A stretch of DNA of 63,188 nt, filler included, from Octopus bimaculoides (taxonomy: Eukaryota), in NCBI RefSeq assembly GCF_001194135.2. It is 8 parts of 7 records of this genome, joined end to end, with 100 filler letters (N's around TTAATTAATTAA, not from the genome) between each part and the next. Parts side by side here need not be neighbours in the genome. Positions count along the whole stretch, not along the records: positions 23,023 to 45,945 come from NC_068989.1; 7 more parts are not named here. The stretch is one strand, 5' to 3'. The notes below the pieces were generated by a model. That model searched no databases. It was not told the DNA's origin and saw only the letters and a program-made list of their open reading frames with translations. Below are positions 23,883-37,519 of the stretch, piece after piece; the first letter of the stretch is position 1; every line of letters begins with the position of its first letter. A program made the position numbers and the translations under genes.

Positions 23883-26800
23883 TTACTTCTATTCCAATAA
23901 TAAAACTTCATTCTCGCTTTTGAACTTACGTAAAAATTAAATTATTGTATCAGTTATAGTTGCGCTTATAATGACTATTTCATTATGTAGCCATTACAGT
24001 TATTCAGAAATACAATTTCTGAAATCATAAAACTGGATTTCATTTCGAAATCTTCTTCCTGTCTCAATATGACGGACACGTAATTTTAATTTCCTGCAGT
24101 TACCTTCATTCAGCAGAAGCAGAATTTTTTCTGAAATAAAGTGGCGATTTTACTCTGCATAAATGTGTTCGTAATTGCTTTTAATTCGTAGCATCAACAG
24201 CTACTGATTTATAACGTTTAATCAATCTGCTAAATAAACTATTCCAACAAATGACAGAGTTGGCATGAGGATGTAATTTCGGAATAGTGCAGAGACATGA
24301 ACCAATTTCTAGACTTCTGAATTTACAAATCCGGTAATACAATGAAATTCAAATAAAAATACTTTACAAAACATTAAGCCAAAAATTGAACGGGCCTCTA
24401 CAATGTTTTTACATTATAACATACATTATTTGGTCAAGAATAGCAATGATAGAGAAATAATAACAATCAAAGGAATATAGTAAAATTTAACAACGTAGAT
24501 GTATCGTTGGCAACGACAGAAACACGAGAATATGATGATTTCTGAAATTACATTTGTAATAATGTGTAAACTGCGCGGAGAATATGTATTTATTTCACAA
24601 AAAAGGAATTGCTATCATGTGCAAAATATAAAATCACTCTACAAAAAATTCTTAAATAGTGACACTTTCTACTCTTTCTACAAAATCTACCTTATCCATA
24701 AGTGTTCCATGTGCTGCACAAGCTGAGAAATTCGATTTCAGCAATATTTCCTACAAATCTAAGAGACTATATGAATTTCTTACTAACTTTAGGAATATGT
24801 CTTCTTTACATTTCCTTTAATAATATTTAGTAGAGTTGTCTTTCCTGATTAAAACCAAGAGCCAATTTCAAAAAATGTATAATAATAACCCTTCTTCAGC
24901 ATAGATGGTTACCAGCTGTGCAAATCACGCTTTAACTATTATCTGCTCATTTTATATGTCTTTGCCAAAAATGAACTCCAGTTGCAAATAGGAAAAGAGT
25001 ATGATTATCAGTGTATTATCAGTGTATAGTAGTTTTTCACTTACTATAGTTTCTATATGCTCAAGGCCTATCTGCAATACAGTTATTTCTAAGATTTCGT
25101 GACCATAGACCAGTAGTCATTTATTTCGTATTTGGAAAGACAACAGATTTTGTCACCAGTTACGTTCAATAAAATTAGTAATACACAACTATTTGTAAAT
25201 AATCAAACCTAAAACTAAATATACTTGAAATTCTATTTCAAAAGTTTTCAAAATATTGACTAATGGTTTTTATTTAGGAATCCTATCCTAAGACACTGGT
25301 TTATAATAATGGTTTCAAAGATTGACATAAGGCCGGAAATATCAGAAGATGGGGTCATGTCGATTACAACGACGTTAGTGTTACACTGGCACTTATTTTA
25401 TCAATCCGGACATGACGGAAGGCAATATAGACCTCAGCGGAATTCGAATTCAGAACGTAAACGCGGACGAAATTCCGCTTACAATTCTGTCAGCTCGCCT
25501 CCTTAAAACCGGTTTATAATGTATTTCTACTATAATGTATTTCTATCGATACCAGGAGAGAGATACGAAGAGTGAAGAGAACGGCTGCAAAGATTCCCAT
25601 TCCACCTTCATACACACTCATATGGATCGAGCTGATGTAAGGTTGAAGAAGGAAAGAAAGTATAAAGACAGTATAAAGAGAGCATGATGAAAGGAACGTG
25701 GAATAGAGAAATAAAAAGATAAAAAGACAATATTTTTATTACATATGCATAAATTTCCGAAATATGTAGCTGGTATATTCATGAAAAATCCTGACAAAAA
25801 CAAACCAATTTAAGATAAAATGCAAGTTGTAATTCTATCAGCTATCGAAATAGTGAAATATTGCGGGAAGAAATAGTAGACTGAACACCGACAAAAGTAT
25901 AAAAGTCACAATTAAGGCCAATGAAAGAAATTTGGGTAATTTAAGAATTAAGGCAGCTATACTCATACACAGACTAGGACCCCAAATTAATGTCAGGCTG
26001 GTTTGGCAATCAATATATGATTTAGTTACATCTGGATGCGGGTAGGTTCATTTTTGATATGCTCATCTATTGTTTATAACTAAAAACAAAGAGAAAAGAA
26101 GAAACAAAGGGGAAAAAAGGAAGTTGCACGTATAATACATAACTTAGAAACAACGCTACACATGTACCAACACACACAGGTATTGAAACGTGGCCGACCT
26201 TACGCACTTCTCATGAGGAATTCCGGAATAAGTTTCGTGAGACCACTGCTGAGGCGCTTCCGAAAAAAGAAAAGCCGTTGGAAAACCGATTATAGCAGCG
26301 ACTCCATCTAAGAATAGCTGAAAAAGAAATTTTATTCCAAAATATTAGACTATGGATGACTAAATTACGACAGGTATATAGTCCATTGTTTGTATTATAG
26401 TGCATTGTTGTACCATTCAAAACTTTTTTATTCTTTAGACTAAAAATGTTTTTCTAGCATGATCAGCAATATAAGTTGCGAATATGCGGATATGATAATC
26501 GTTTTCTGCACATGCGCTCCAAAAATAGGTATTAGTCAGAATACTTGACGGAAAGCAAATCTTATTCCTCATATATATACAATCCGATACGCACACACAC
26601 ATATGTCCATACAAGTGTATATATATATATATATTATATATATATATATGTGTGTGTGTTTGTGTGTGTGTGTGTATGCGTGTGTGTGTGTGTGTGTGTG
26701 TATGTGTGTGTGTGTGTGTGTGTGCATGTGTGTGTGTGTGTGTGTGTGTGTCTGTGCGCCTACTTGCGTATGTATACTCACTTAATTATTTTAATAATTC

Positions 26801-26969
26801 TTCGTTTAATTTTCGTCCAACATTGTGCTCGGAATTTTCCTTCTGAGAACGTGTAACGCCTTGACGATGCTACACAACATCTATATGATTTTCCTAGATT
26901 TTTTATCTTCTCCCGGCACCCCGTTTCCGGACCACATCACTCTCTCTCTCTCTCTCTCTTTTTCTCTCT

Positions 26970-27017
<48 letters not shown>

Positions 27018-27353
27018 CCAAAGCATTCATAATTTTGTTTTGGGAGTGGTTTTGAGAAGAACATTCTAGCTTTTACAGAATCATTCTTCGAACTAACTTC
27101 ATTACTATCATTTTGTGACTACTCTCTTAAGTTTTGCTGACATAGTTTTTCCTATCGTATATTTTAGTTCCAGAAAATCATCTGTGTAAAACTTCAATGG
27201 CACGTCGACTCTCATCTAACTCGACCTCAATGTTCGAAATTTTGTCATGTAGCGTTCACTTGGCTTCTGGTATGTTGAAGTTAACCTCATTCGGAGGGCA
27301 CGTTCATGTGTGTTATGTCCGTATGTCTGTATGTGTGTGTATGTGTGTGTGTG

Positions 27354-27416
<63 letters not shown>

Positions 27417-27630
27417 GATGACTCTCTGTAACCTTGTTCTTATAACATCGGGGTTTTGATCGTATGGTCGTGGTTTCGAATCCTGTAATAACAGAAATAA
27501 TTATGATACAGCTAACACGGTAAAAACGCCGATAAATGGAGTCGTGACTGCCTTATATGCAAATAAATACAATAAATGCTTATGCACAGACAAATGAAAA
27601 TGTCCTTTGATGAATCTTTGTATGAGTACA

Positions 27631-27960
27631 AATCTTGTGTATAAATGTACCGTACACACAAGGGGAGGGCCCTGTGTTTACATTGGGCAGACGACTAATC
27701 CGTTTAAGAATCATTATCGTAATCATTTTGCCAGCTTTAAGACAATCACTAAGAGACTTTCAGCATCTTTGGCAAATTTTGTATGGCAATTGAAGGAGGA
27801 TAAAATAAGGTACAGCATAACTTGGTCCATAGTAAGGCATGCGAAATAATATAATATAATTTACAGGAGATGCCGTCTCTGCTCCAATGAATCGCTGTCT
27901 ATTATGTGGATTAACGATGAGATAATTAATAGAATTTCTGAACGATTCTCGAGATTCCTA
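27631..27960 (+). mobile_element. Penelope-like GIY-YIG remnant, subtype 2 (C-terminal CxLC)
   Basis: NLVYKCTV...VYIGQTTNPFKNHYRNHFASFK...SLANFVWQLKE...YSITWSIVRHAK, then RCRLCSNE after a frameshift. Confidence 0.75.
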
Positions 27961-28449
27961 CGCGCACAATGCAGTGGAAATGAATTTTCAGTAACCATTA
28001 ACATAATTTGATTTACTTTAAGGTATGGATGACTTAAGTTTACTTTTAACCTCCACATTCTTAGAAACATCGAGTTGATAGTTAACTCGCTCTGTGATCA
28101 TGAGTGCACCAAACCGCACGGTTGCGTATGCTCACATTTTCGCGGATGCTCGTATGAGCGAGAGTAATCGCGCCATGCAGCTTTCCCAAGGACGTTTATA
28201 CATCCACATTTGTTAACGGTTATTTTTAATACTTTCTCAATGGTTTGCGTGTTCGTTTCACTTTTTTTCTTCTGTGATCTTCTGGCTGTAACGAGAAGTT
28301 ACATGTCCGAACTGTTATTTTAACGTGTTGTGTTTATTTATCACCCGACGAGATACATCTGCACATGCAGGTGCTCCTGAACCAGTGGTTGAGCGTCGCA
28401 TCCATGAGAGGTCGATGCTAGATATGCCGAAACAATTGTCGTGATTAAT

Positions 28450-28471
28450 NNNNNNNNNNATTAATGATAAC

Positions 28472-28526
<55 letters not shown>

Positions 28527-28527
28527 T
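28450..28527. repeat. (AAT)n microsatellite (also 47055-47130)
   Basis: Directly visible. Confidence 0.95.
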
Positions 28528-29444
28528 GACAACAAAAGAAAGAATGAAACCTCGGTACTATGTAAATAGAGGAATTTATATATATAATATAACATTATCA
28601 GTAAGTTGTAATAATAATACTCCGAGTTTCAAATACAGGTATAGAAAGCTTCTAGGCACTTTTCATTAGTTATTAAGACAAGAACGCTATGAAAAAAAAC
28701 CGTTGAAGAAAGGTAAGTTACTCTTATAGGCGTAGAAAAATAAAAGTAAAAGATATAAAATATAAAATAGATAAAACATTGATAAAAATTCACGCAACCA
28801 CATACTCATAAAGATGTATGAATATCCATATATATACATACATATAGATACATGCGCATATACATACACACGCATATGCGTATATATGTACAAATGTACA
28901 CACACACAGACGTATATATGCATACTGAACATCATCCTCGCATAGATGATATATGCCTACTTTTACGCATAGACATTTATACAAATGAAAATACATACAC
29001 AAACATAAAACGTATACATATATGTACACTCGCCGCAAACATGAATGTACATACATATGCATATGTATAGAGGTGCATATATATATACATATATACTCAC
29101 CTACCTGTCAACGCACCTACAACCGCAGATATACAAGCGTATATACATGCATATATGTATAAAGGAAGGGGTCATGTGCATGGCAGTCACTCTTGTGCAA
29201 CGGATGCATTCTTACACTCATATGTATACATACATTCATACACATATATACACATGCACATACATATTCATTTAATATATTCTTATACATACAAATACTG
29301 CACTTTTATATAGTCACACAATTGAACAAAGATGGAAAATGAAAAAAAATTACAAAAAATATGTATAAAGCAATAAAAAAATGTTAAGACATGAAAGGCT
29401 TGTACATTGACATAATAAAAAAACAGGTTCTGTCTGTGATATTA

Positions 29445-30156
29445 AGGGGCCCCAAAACGTAACAAGTATTTTGTCATATGTGGACATAATCCAAAACCTT
29501 CAGGTCTAGAATTTAGACATGTAGAGGGGTCTAAAGAACTTTTCCAAATGAGCCATCTTTCCATGTCGCAAAGACCACTATAAGATTCAGCTATAAGATT
29601 CCAGTGAATTCTTGTTCTTTTAACGACCATATATAACTGGATAATTTGGTTGTTTTTCTTTTATCCCAGTGTCTGAAGCTTAAGGTTTGATTATTGAACC
29701 TAGCTTTAAGATTTCCCTCTGTGAGACCCACATTCTTCTTTGATGAAACTGTGTCCTTTGCGGTCGTAGAATCTACGGTGGTTTCATAAATGATGGTCTC
29801 GGTCATGCAAGCTCCATTTAGCGGGCACACGTCTTTATCTCTGCAGGAACAGCTGGCTTCATGTTTTTTGTGTTGTGCGCAGTTATATATTTTTTAATTT
29901 TTGGTTGAACGAAAACTAACCTTTAGTTAATGCCTAGTAAAGAGCTTCATATATTTATGATTTATTGGTAAGTGCCTATCTATAAGTGATAAGAAATATT
30001 TACCTATATTAAAGGTCACTTCGGAGGAGTAAGGGGATGTGAACCAGATAATTTCTCTATGTATCTATTGTCTTTCCTTTATTTCTGAACTAATAATAGG
30101 TTTTACTTCAACGGTTTTTTAGAGCGTTTTTGTCTCAATAACTGATGAAAAATGCG
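29445..30156 (-). mobile_element. Penelope-like linker plus GIY-YIG remnant, subtype 2, running into a gap
   Basis: EIIWFTSPYSSEVTFNIGKYFLSLIDRH, CSCRDKDVCPLNGACMTETIIYE...VGLTEGNLKARFNN..LSFRH...LSSYIW, GLCDMER...CLNSRPE...CPHMTKYLL. Confidence 0.8.
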
Positions 30157-30769
30157 NNNNNNNNNNNNNNNNNNNNNNNNNNNNNNNNNNNNNNNNNNNN
30201 NNNNNNNNNNNNNNNNNNNNNNNNNNNNNNNNNNNNNNNNNNNNNNNNNNNNNNNNNNNNNNNNNNNNNNNNNNNNNNNNNNNNNNNNNNNNNNNNNNNN
30301 NNNNNNNNNNNNNNNNNNNNNNNNNNNNNNNNNNNNNNNNNNNNNNNNNNNNNNNNNNNNNNNNNNNNNNNNNNNNNNNNNNNNNNNNNNNNNNNNNNNN
30401 NNNNNNNNNNNNNNNNNNNNNNNNNNNNNNNNNNNNNNNNNNNNNNNNNNNNNNNNNNNNNNNNNNNNNNNNNNNNNNNNNNNNNNNNNNNNNNNNNNNN
30501 NNNNNNNNNNNNNNNNNNNNNNNNNNNNNNNNNNNNNNNNNNNNNNNNNNNNNNNNNNNNNNNNNNNNNNNNNNNNNNNNNNNNNNNNNNNNNNNNNNNN
30601 NNNNNNNNNNNNNNNNNNNNNNNNNNNNNNNNNNNNNNNNNNNNNNNNNNNNNNNNNNNNNNNNATATATATAAATATATATATATACACCTATAGCTCG
30701 AAACCTGCGTCCATGCTGTGGTACCACAGTTGGCGTGCTACAACTTCATTATTTGAAACTTTCTTTGAT

Positions 30770-32095
30770 ATGTTCCATTTGGTGAATAAAGGAGTTTGAT
30801 GCTGCTGCTTTCTTCTGTGATTCCTCCTGTGAGGTAGGCTCATCCGGAGACTTGACCGTATGCGATCCAGTTTTATTTTGAACACGCTATATCCACATCA
30901 TGCACATCTCTCAAGCATTTTGGAAGGATATAGAAGCGCTGTGAGCTCTTTAAACTCAATCTGTTTCTGTATCTGGTCCTGTATTTTCATGGCGATGCTA
31001 GGATATTTGACATTATGCAGCTGTTTTGTGATTTTCAATGCCTAGGTTTGGTAGAAGTGCTTCCAGAATATTCTTGATGTGTATCACTACATATCTTTCC
31101 CGCCTTCGTTCTAAGGAATACAGTATTAACTTTTCGGTTTCCCCCAGGAGCAGACAAATTGCATTGCGACAACTTTCTTTGTATAACTTCGCTGGATTGC
31201 TTGGAATTCCCACCTTAACTTTTTAGTGTGTAGTGGCCATAGTTAGCAGCAGTAGTCTATGCGGCTGAGAATAAATGCCCTCCAAATGACCATCGTGCTT
31301 TCTTATTCTCTCGTTCTAAAAGCTCGGAGATTACATCCATCTAGCCGTCTACATTTTATCACGAAATTAGTAAAATACTCCTAGAAAGATGCATCATTAC
31401 TCCTGACAATGTTCAGGTCACATTGTTGCTTGATTCAGGGATAGCAATTCCTCTTGGGTCAGTGAAGCCTGTCTACATTTCACAATGCTTCGTGGCGCTG
31501 GTAGCGCAACGCTTGGAAATTTCCAGCATTAAAATGTATGTCATTCTCCTCACTCCACTTGTATATTGCATCCAACTCCTGTTGCAGATGCGCAATAATT
31601 CCAGGGATCTGAATTCCCGAGATATTTTTGTGCTTAAGAGAATTTTGTGTCATTTGCATAGCCAGGAATAACAGCTATCTGAGCAGTTGAGGGCATGTTT
31701 GAAAGATCCACCAAGAATAGCAGAGGCCCTAAGACAGTGCCCTATGGAACACCACTTATTATTTTCGTTTCCTTTGAGATGGATTCATTGGCCACTGCTG
31801 CCTGACTTCTATCTCTTAGAAAGTTGTGTAGCCACTCTATAAGTTCTTCAGCTATTCTGAGGTCACGTAGTTTGTGACGTATCACACCATGGTCCACTTC
31901 ATCAAAGGCTTTTGCAAAGTCAAGATATGCCACTTCTCCATTTGAGTTACTGAATAGATGTTTTAATAGCCAGTGGGAGCGCTGTAATAGCCAGTGGGAG
32001 CGCTGTAATAGCCAGTGGGAGCGCTGTAAGAGCTGCGTTTGGCAGCTTCTACCAGGTGGAAAACCGTACTGGCTGTCAGTCAGTTCAAACGTCAA
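30770..32095 (-). mobile_element. CR1/L2-group LINE: decayed RT domain and C-terminus
   Basis: QYGFPPGRSCQTQLL, YLDFAKAFDEVDHG, SGVP/GTVLGPLLFL, YANDT (YADD-like), YKWSEEND, LYSLERRRERY, PDEPT...AAASNS. Confidence 0.85.
31964..32026. repeat. Perfect 21-bp triplication inside the CR1 RT
   Basis: (taatagccagtgggagcgctg)x3, translated as (LQRSHWL)x3 on the minus strand. Confidence 0.95.
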
Positions 32096-32675
32096 ATTGT
32101 CTTTGCCACTACATAATTTTGCATACTGCTCTTCGCAATTACAGTCGTAGCCTTAATGGAAATTTTGAATTACAAGCGTATGTTTGAGAGAGAGGGAGTG
32201 TGTGTGCATGTGTGTGAGTGCGTGCGCGGACGTGTTTTGTATGTGTGTGTGTGCGCGTGTTTTTATTTGTGAGTTTTGAAGATCCATCTTCACGTGTACT
32301 AATGTCCATTTCTTCCGTCACAGAGGTTAATATACCCTAAAATTAGACTATTTTCAGATGTCAATATAGGATGAAGGTTTATATAGGAGCCTGACTAGCA
32401 TAGTATTAAGATAATCGAAGAAACATTGTAAAACTCCAATTGATTACAAAGAGATGCACTTCACACATCCAAGGTATGATTCAAGGGGCATAATATATGC
32501 ACCAGAGGGTGTATAATAGAAAATGAAATGAAGAAAAGAGTAATCCAAACCGATATTACGATCACTTCAGTAAACACTTTTATCGCATAAAGCATATAAA
32601 TTAATGCATTTCATGCAATTGACATTGTTCACTCACTTATATATGCATACAAACAGACAACACACATATACATAC

Positions 32676-32708
<33 letters not shown>

Positions 32709-33159
32709 NNNNNNNNNNNNNNNNNNNNNNNNNNNNNNNNNNNNNNNNNNNNNNNNNNNNNNNNNNNNNNNNNNNNNNNNNNNNNNNNNNNNNNNNNNNN
32801 NNNNNNNNNNNNNNNNNNNNNNNNNNNNNNNNNNNNNNNNNNNNNNNNNNNNNNNNNNNNNNNNNNNNNNNNNNNNNNNNNNNNNNNNNNNNNNNNNNNN
32901 NNNNNNNNNNNNNNNNNNNNNNNNNNNNNNNNNNNNNNNNNNNNNNNNNNNNNNNNNNNNNNNNNNNNNNNNNNNNNNNNNNNNNNNNNNNNNNNNNNNN
33001 NNNNNNNNNNNNNNNNNNNNNNNNNNNNNNNNNNNNNNNNNNNNNNNNNNNNNNNNNNNNNNNNNNNNNNNNNNNNNNNNNNNNNNNNNNNNNNNNNNNN
33101 NNNNNNNNNNNNNNGCATCGGTTGTCAAGCGATGCTGGGGGGACAAACCCAGACGGAAC

Positions 33160-36100
33160 AGCTCAATCAACATCTGTCCGAATTATGCACCACTCTTCAC
33201 TCTTTACCTCATAATAATTACTTAAATGAAAATCCACCTTCAGATGATACACAAGATAGAACCCCCTCCACGCTTTTACGGTCAATTAAAAACCGCATTA
33301 TACACATATGGAATGAAAAACTTAAAGCCAGAAAATTTTCTGTTTGGAACATGATCAAAAACAACCACAAGGCAGAAATTTATGAACGCTGGTTAAATTC
33401 TACCCCATAAATTCCAAATTAAACGCATTCCAAACGAACAGGACCAACAAAGACAATTAGGGAGAAGCTAACACTGGAAAAAATGAAGAGAGAAATAGAA
33501 CTCCATAAGCTTAGAGCGCTGAGCAATGAACAGAAATTTAAAAACATAGATGAGGAAATCTACAACAAATTAAAGAAACATTCGGATGGTCAACGCTTGG
33601 AAAGTGTCTTTAAACTGTGGAAAACAGCTTGTGAAGCTGAAGAAACAAGCTCGCTACAACGATGGGAAAAGCATGCTGATTTCTTTATTAACTACGAAAC
33701 ACAGTTCAACATAGAATACGCATCGGAGAACCCCTTCCTGAAGAAAAATAAACCAAATCATACACAGAAATGAACTCAGGCTTATCTAACACAAACCACA
33801 GACGGTCAAGGGGAAACAACTCCACCGTTCCAACCTATTACATCCCAAAATAACTTACAAACAACAATAAGGAATTCAGCCCACAATAGAAAATCTGGAC
33901 GCAATGTTCAAGGCATCCTACATACAAATCAAAGTTTCCATCGAAACCTCCAGACTAACCTAAACTTTTGGGAACCAATACCTACCAATCCACCTCCATC
34001 ATCTCACAATAAATGGAAGAATTTACCTCCAAGACTTAACCCTCAACAAGACACAACCTAACTAGACAACATAACTTCTCCCTCCACCCACATTACAACA
34101 TTAAAAATAAGTTTAACCCTAACCACATCAACCATAGACAATATAACAACCCTCAGTACAACCATAATCTAGCCCGCTTCACAGCCATTCCACCACCAAC
34201 ATATTACCACAGACACACTTTACACCCATTTTCTCCTCAGCAAACCAAACACAATACAGACTTTCCACAACAATCCACTTACTACAACCATTTTTTAGAC
34301 CTAGAGCAGAGAAACAGGTGAAATGGAACAAAATGTACAAGAACAACCTGAAATAATCAATTTATCAAAGAAAATCCTAAGTGCTACACAAACTAAAATT
34401 CTAGCAAGAGGTCTAAAGTTTACTCCAACTCCTCGCAGATCGAACCCAAATGAAATTAAGGATAACACTATGGATTTCTGCCTAAAATTACGCCTCACAG
34501 AAGCACTTCACAACTACACCAGCGAAGATGAATCTATAGTAAAAAACAAAAGTGAATACTGTCTTAGAAAGGGCAGAAATGAAGCACTTAATGCTTTTTT
34601 GTGAACACATTACCACTTTTTCTTTGAATGCCCTACAAAAACAACGAATTACATCCAACCTTAATGTAAATGAATGGAAAGATCTAATCGAGTTAAAAAA
34701 TGATATACACCTCACCATTAAAGAAGCCGACAAAGGAAGTGCGGTAGTGGTGATGGACACAGAGTACTACAAAAAGTTAATGTTCTCCATGTTGGAAAAT
34801 AATATTTACTATGAGATGATAGTTCAATACAACCCACAGAAGACTCTTAAAAACTAATCCTCTTTACTTCAAATACATGGAAAGGGCCTAACTAAACATG
34901 AAATTCACTATTTATCCAATTTTGAATATATACCTAGTCTATTCTATGGATTACCTAAACTACACAAAATTCCACATATTTGTAAAGCTTGCAAAGTTTC
35001 TCCAATCCTCTGCATTAATGTTCCTCCCCCTACTGACCTCAAACTGAGACCCATCATTGCTGGCCCTGCTTGTGAAACCCACAGGTTGAGCAAATTCCTC
35101 GACATCTTGCTCAAACCGTTTCTAAAATATGTGAGAAGCTTCATCAAGGATGACTTAGATATGCAAAACCACCTCCCGAATACAATAAGTGAAGGAACCC
35201 TGTTAGTATCATTCGATGTGGTGAATTTGTACACCAATATACCATACGATTATGGAATAGAAGCGATCTCCTTCTGGCTAGAAAAATACCCACAAGAGAT
35301 CCCAGAGCGCATCAACCACAGATTCATAATCGCAGCACTCAAATTCATCCTACTGAACAACTATTTCATCATGTTTGATACAGCTTACTATCGACAAAAA
35401 TGTGGAATTGCAATGGGAACACGAGCTGCGCCAGCAATTGCGAACCTTGTAATGGATTACCTAGAGCTGAATATATATCATTCATCATTACAAAAATATG
35501 ACACCTCTTTTCATTGCTATTTAAAGGAGAACTGGAAGAGGTATTTGGACGATTGCTTTATAATTTGGAAAGACAGCATGGACAAACTCCTTGATTTCAA
35601 AATAATGCTTAACAATATTAATAGCATCATACAATTCACCATGGAACACAGCAGTAAACAACTCCCTTTTCTTTACATCTTAATTAAATAGTCAATAACC
35701 ACATAGAAACAGACATCTATAAACCCACAGATTCTAAACAATACCTATTATTCAACTCATGCCACCTCAAACACATAAAAATTAATATACCTTATAATCT
35801 GGCGAAAAGAATCTGTACCATATATTCGTGATCGAAGACTCCTTGAACTCAGATCAATACTACTCAAAAGACATTACCCAATATTTTTAATAAATGATGG
35901 CATCAAACGAGCTAAGGAAATAAACATACAAACATTAAGGAAAGTCAACTGAAATACTAAACCAGACTTAACAATACTCCCATACATCTCCACACATAAC
36001 CCTAGAAACAACGAAGTCTTTAACGTTATCATCCAAAATCTTCCCATCCTCACAGGAGATAAAACAATGAACAAAATTTTAGACTCACACAAAATTATCA

Positions 36101-36302
36101 AAAGTAAAATGCAACCTAAATCACTGAAAAATATATTAACCAGCGCAAGACTGTATCCATTAACAACAGAACCCAAAAATGAAAAAATGTGGCCGACCTA
36201 ACTGTGGTACTTTTCTCCACCTTATGGAGGGTTCAGAGTTCCACTTTAAACAAGATGAAATATTTAAGATTAAATCAAATTTCACTTGTGCCTCAGAAAA
36301 CC
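33160..36302 (+). mobile_element. Long Penelope-like retroelement pseudogene: N-terminal extension, RT and Cys linker, truncated just before GIY-YIG
   Basis: INLSKKILS...RGLKFTPTP, IKEADKGSAVVVMD, FYGLPKLHK, LRPII, LVSFDVVNLYTNIP, GIAMGTRAAPAIANL, KRYLDDCFIIW, KPTDSKQYL, CGRPNCG. Multiple stops and frameshifts. Confidence 0.92.
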
Positions 36303-36399
36303 AGTATGTTTGAAAAGTAGGATAATGTAATACATATTAAGCAAGATTTAGTAAACTGTGTTGGAACGTGGAGAGTGTAACCATGGTAGTAATTAGAAT

Positions 36400-36950
36400 G
36401 TAATTTAAATTTTATTTTTAAGCGCTTAAATGTTTGAGGTTTTGTGTACCTATTGGGTGGAAATTTCTTAGGTACGTGTACACTTTTACTTGTTCGTCCA
36501 TTATTACCACCACTTGGAATTTTTGGGTAATCTAGGATGTATGATTCGGCTTTAATTTTAGTAAGTTATTCTATTCGTATGTACTTGTTGTCTCCCCTTA
36601 ACTATAATAAAATTATAACAGCTTTACACTATGTATCTATTCATTTTATGATTATTAATGTTATGTTGAGAAGTTGCAGAAAGCCATAGTCGGCGTCGTA
36701 CCATTTATATCACAATGTTCTCCTCCGTACCATTTATTTACTGGTTCGTTCACTTCATTTACATATCTACTGAAACCTTTTTAACTTTTGCCTTTGGTTC
36801 AAATATAACTGACCATTTCTAGAGATGGATTGACTTTGGTCAATTCCATTGCGGACAACATGTGGTAGAGTGTATAATATTTCAGTAAGTGCATCATTGT
36901 AAGAACCCTACGGCTTTGTATTTGGATAAATCTTAACTAGCCCTATTGAC
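36400..36950 (-). mobile_element. Possible decayed PLE of another family between the two plus-strand copies
   Basis: Weak motifs only (LPHVVRNGIDQ; ILDYPKIPSGG). Confidence 0.3.
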
Positions 36951-37519
36951 GATATAATAAGTGCTATTCTATTTCTAGACATATTGGTAATTTTTGTGTT
37001 TTTTAGTGCTAACTACATTTCACTACTATTTAAATATCTTTGTTGCCCCTTTATATAGAAATAACCCGTTGATGTTTCCCTAGACCACTGCTATTACACT
37101 CTTTTGCCTATCGACTTCAAAGCTCCACGCTGGAAGATGGTATGCTTTTAATATATTGTGCCGTCTGTCCTCTTCTCGACACCCTGTTCTTTCCTATTCT
37201 CTTTTCCTTTCGTTTATTTTATTTTAAGCATTTGTATTCACTCTCATGAACCTCCATGTACTAGATCGAATGTCCTATGAAGATAATGACTTATTTTCGA
37301 AATTCTTTCGTAAGCACCGACTGGCATTCGAAGCGAAAACGACTGTAAGAAATGTTATGTCATAAAAATGTTATGTCATGTTTTGTATTTAAAAATAATC
37401 TACAAATGTGGATCAATTCGTTGATTAAAATTTTTCTCTATTTTCTAATAATTTAAACTTGATTCCTGATAAACTTTTGTTTATTCTGTTGTCACCTATA
37501 TCCTACGAGCATTTTTTGC

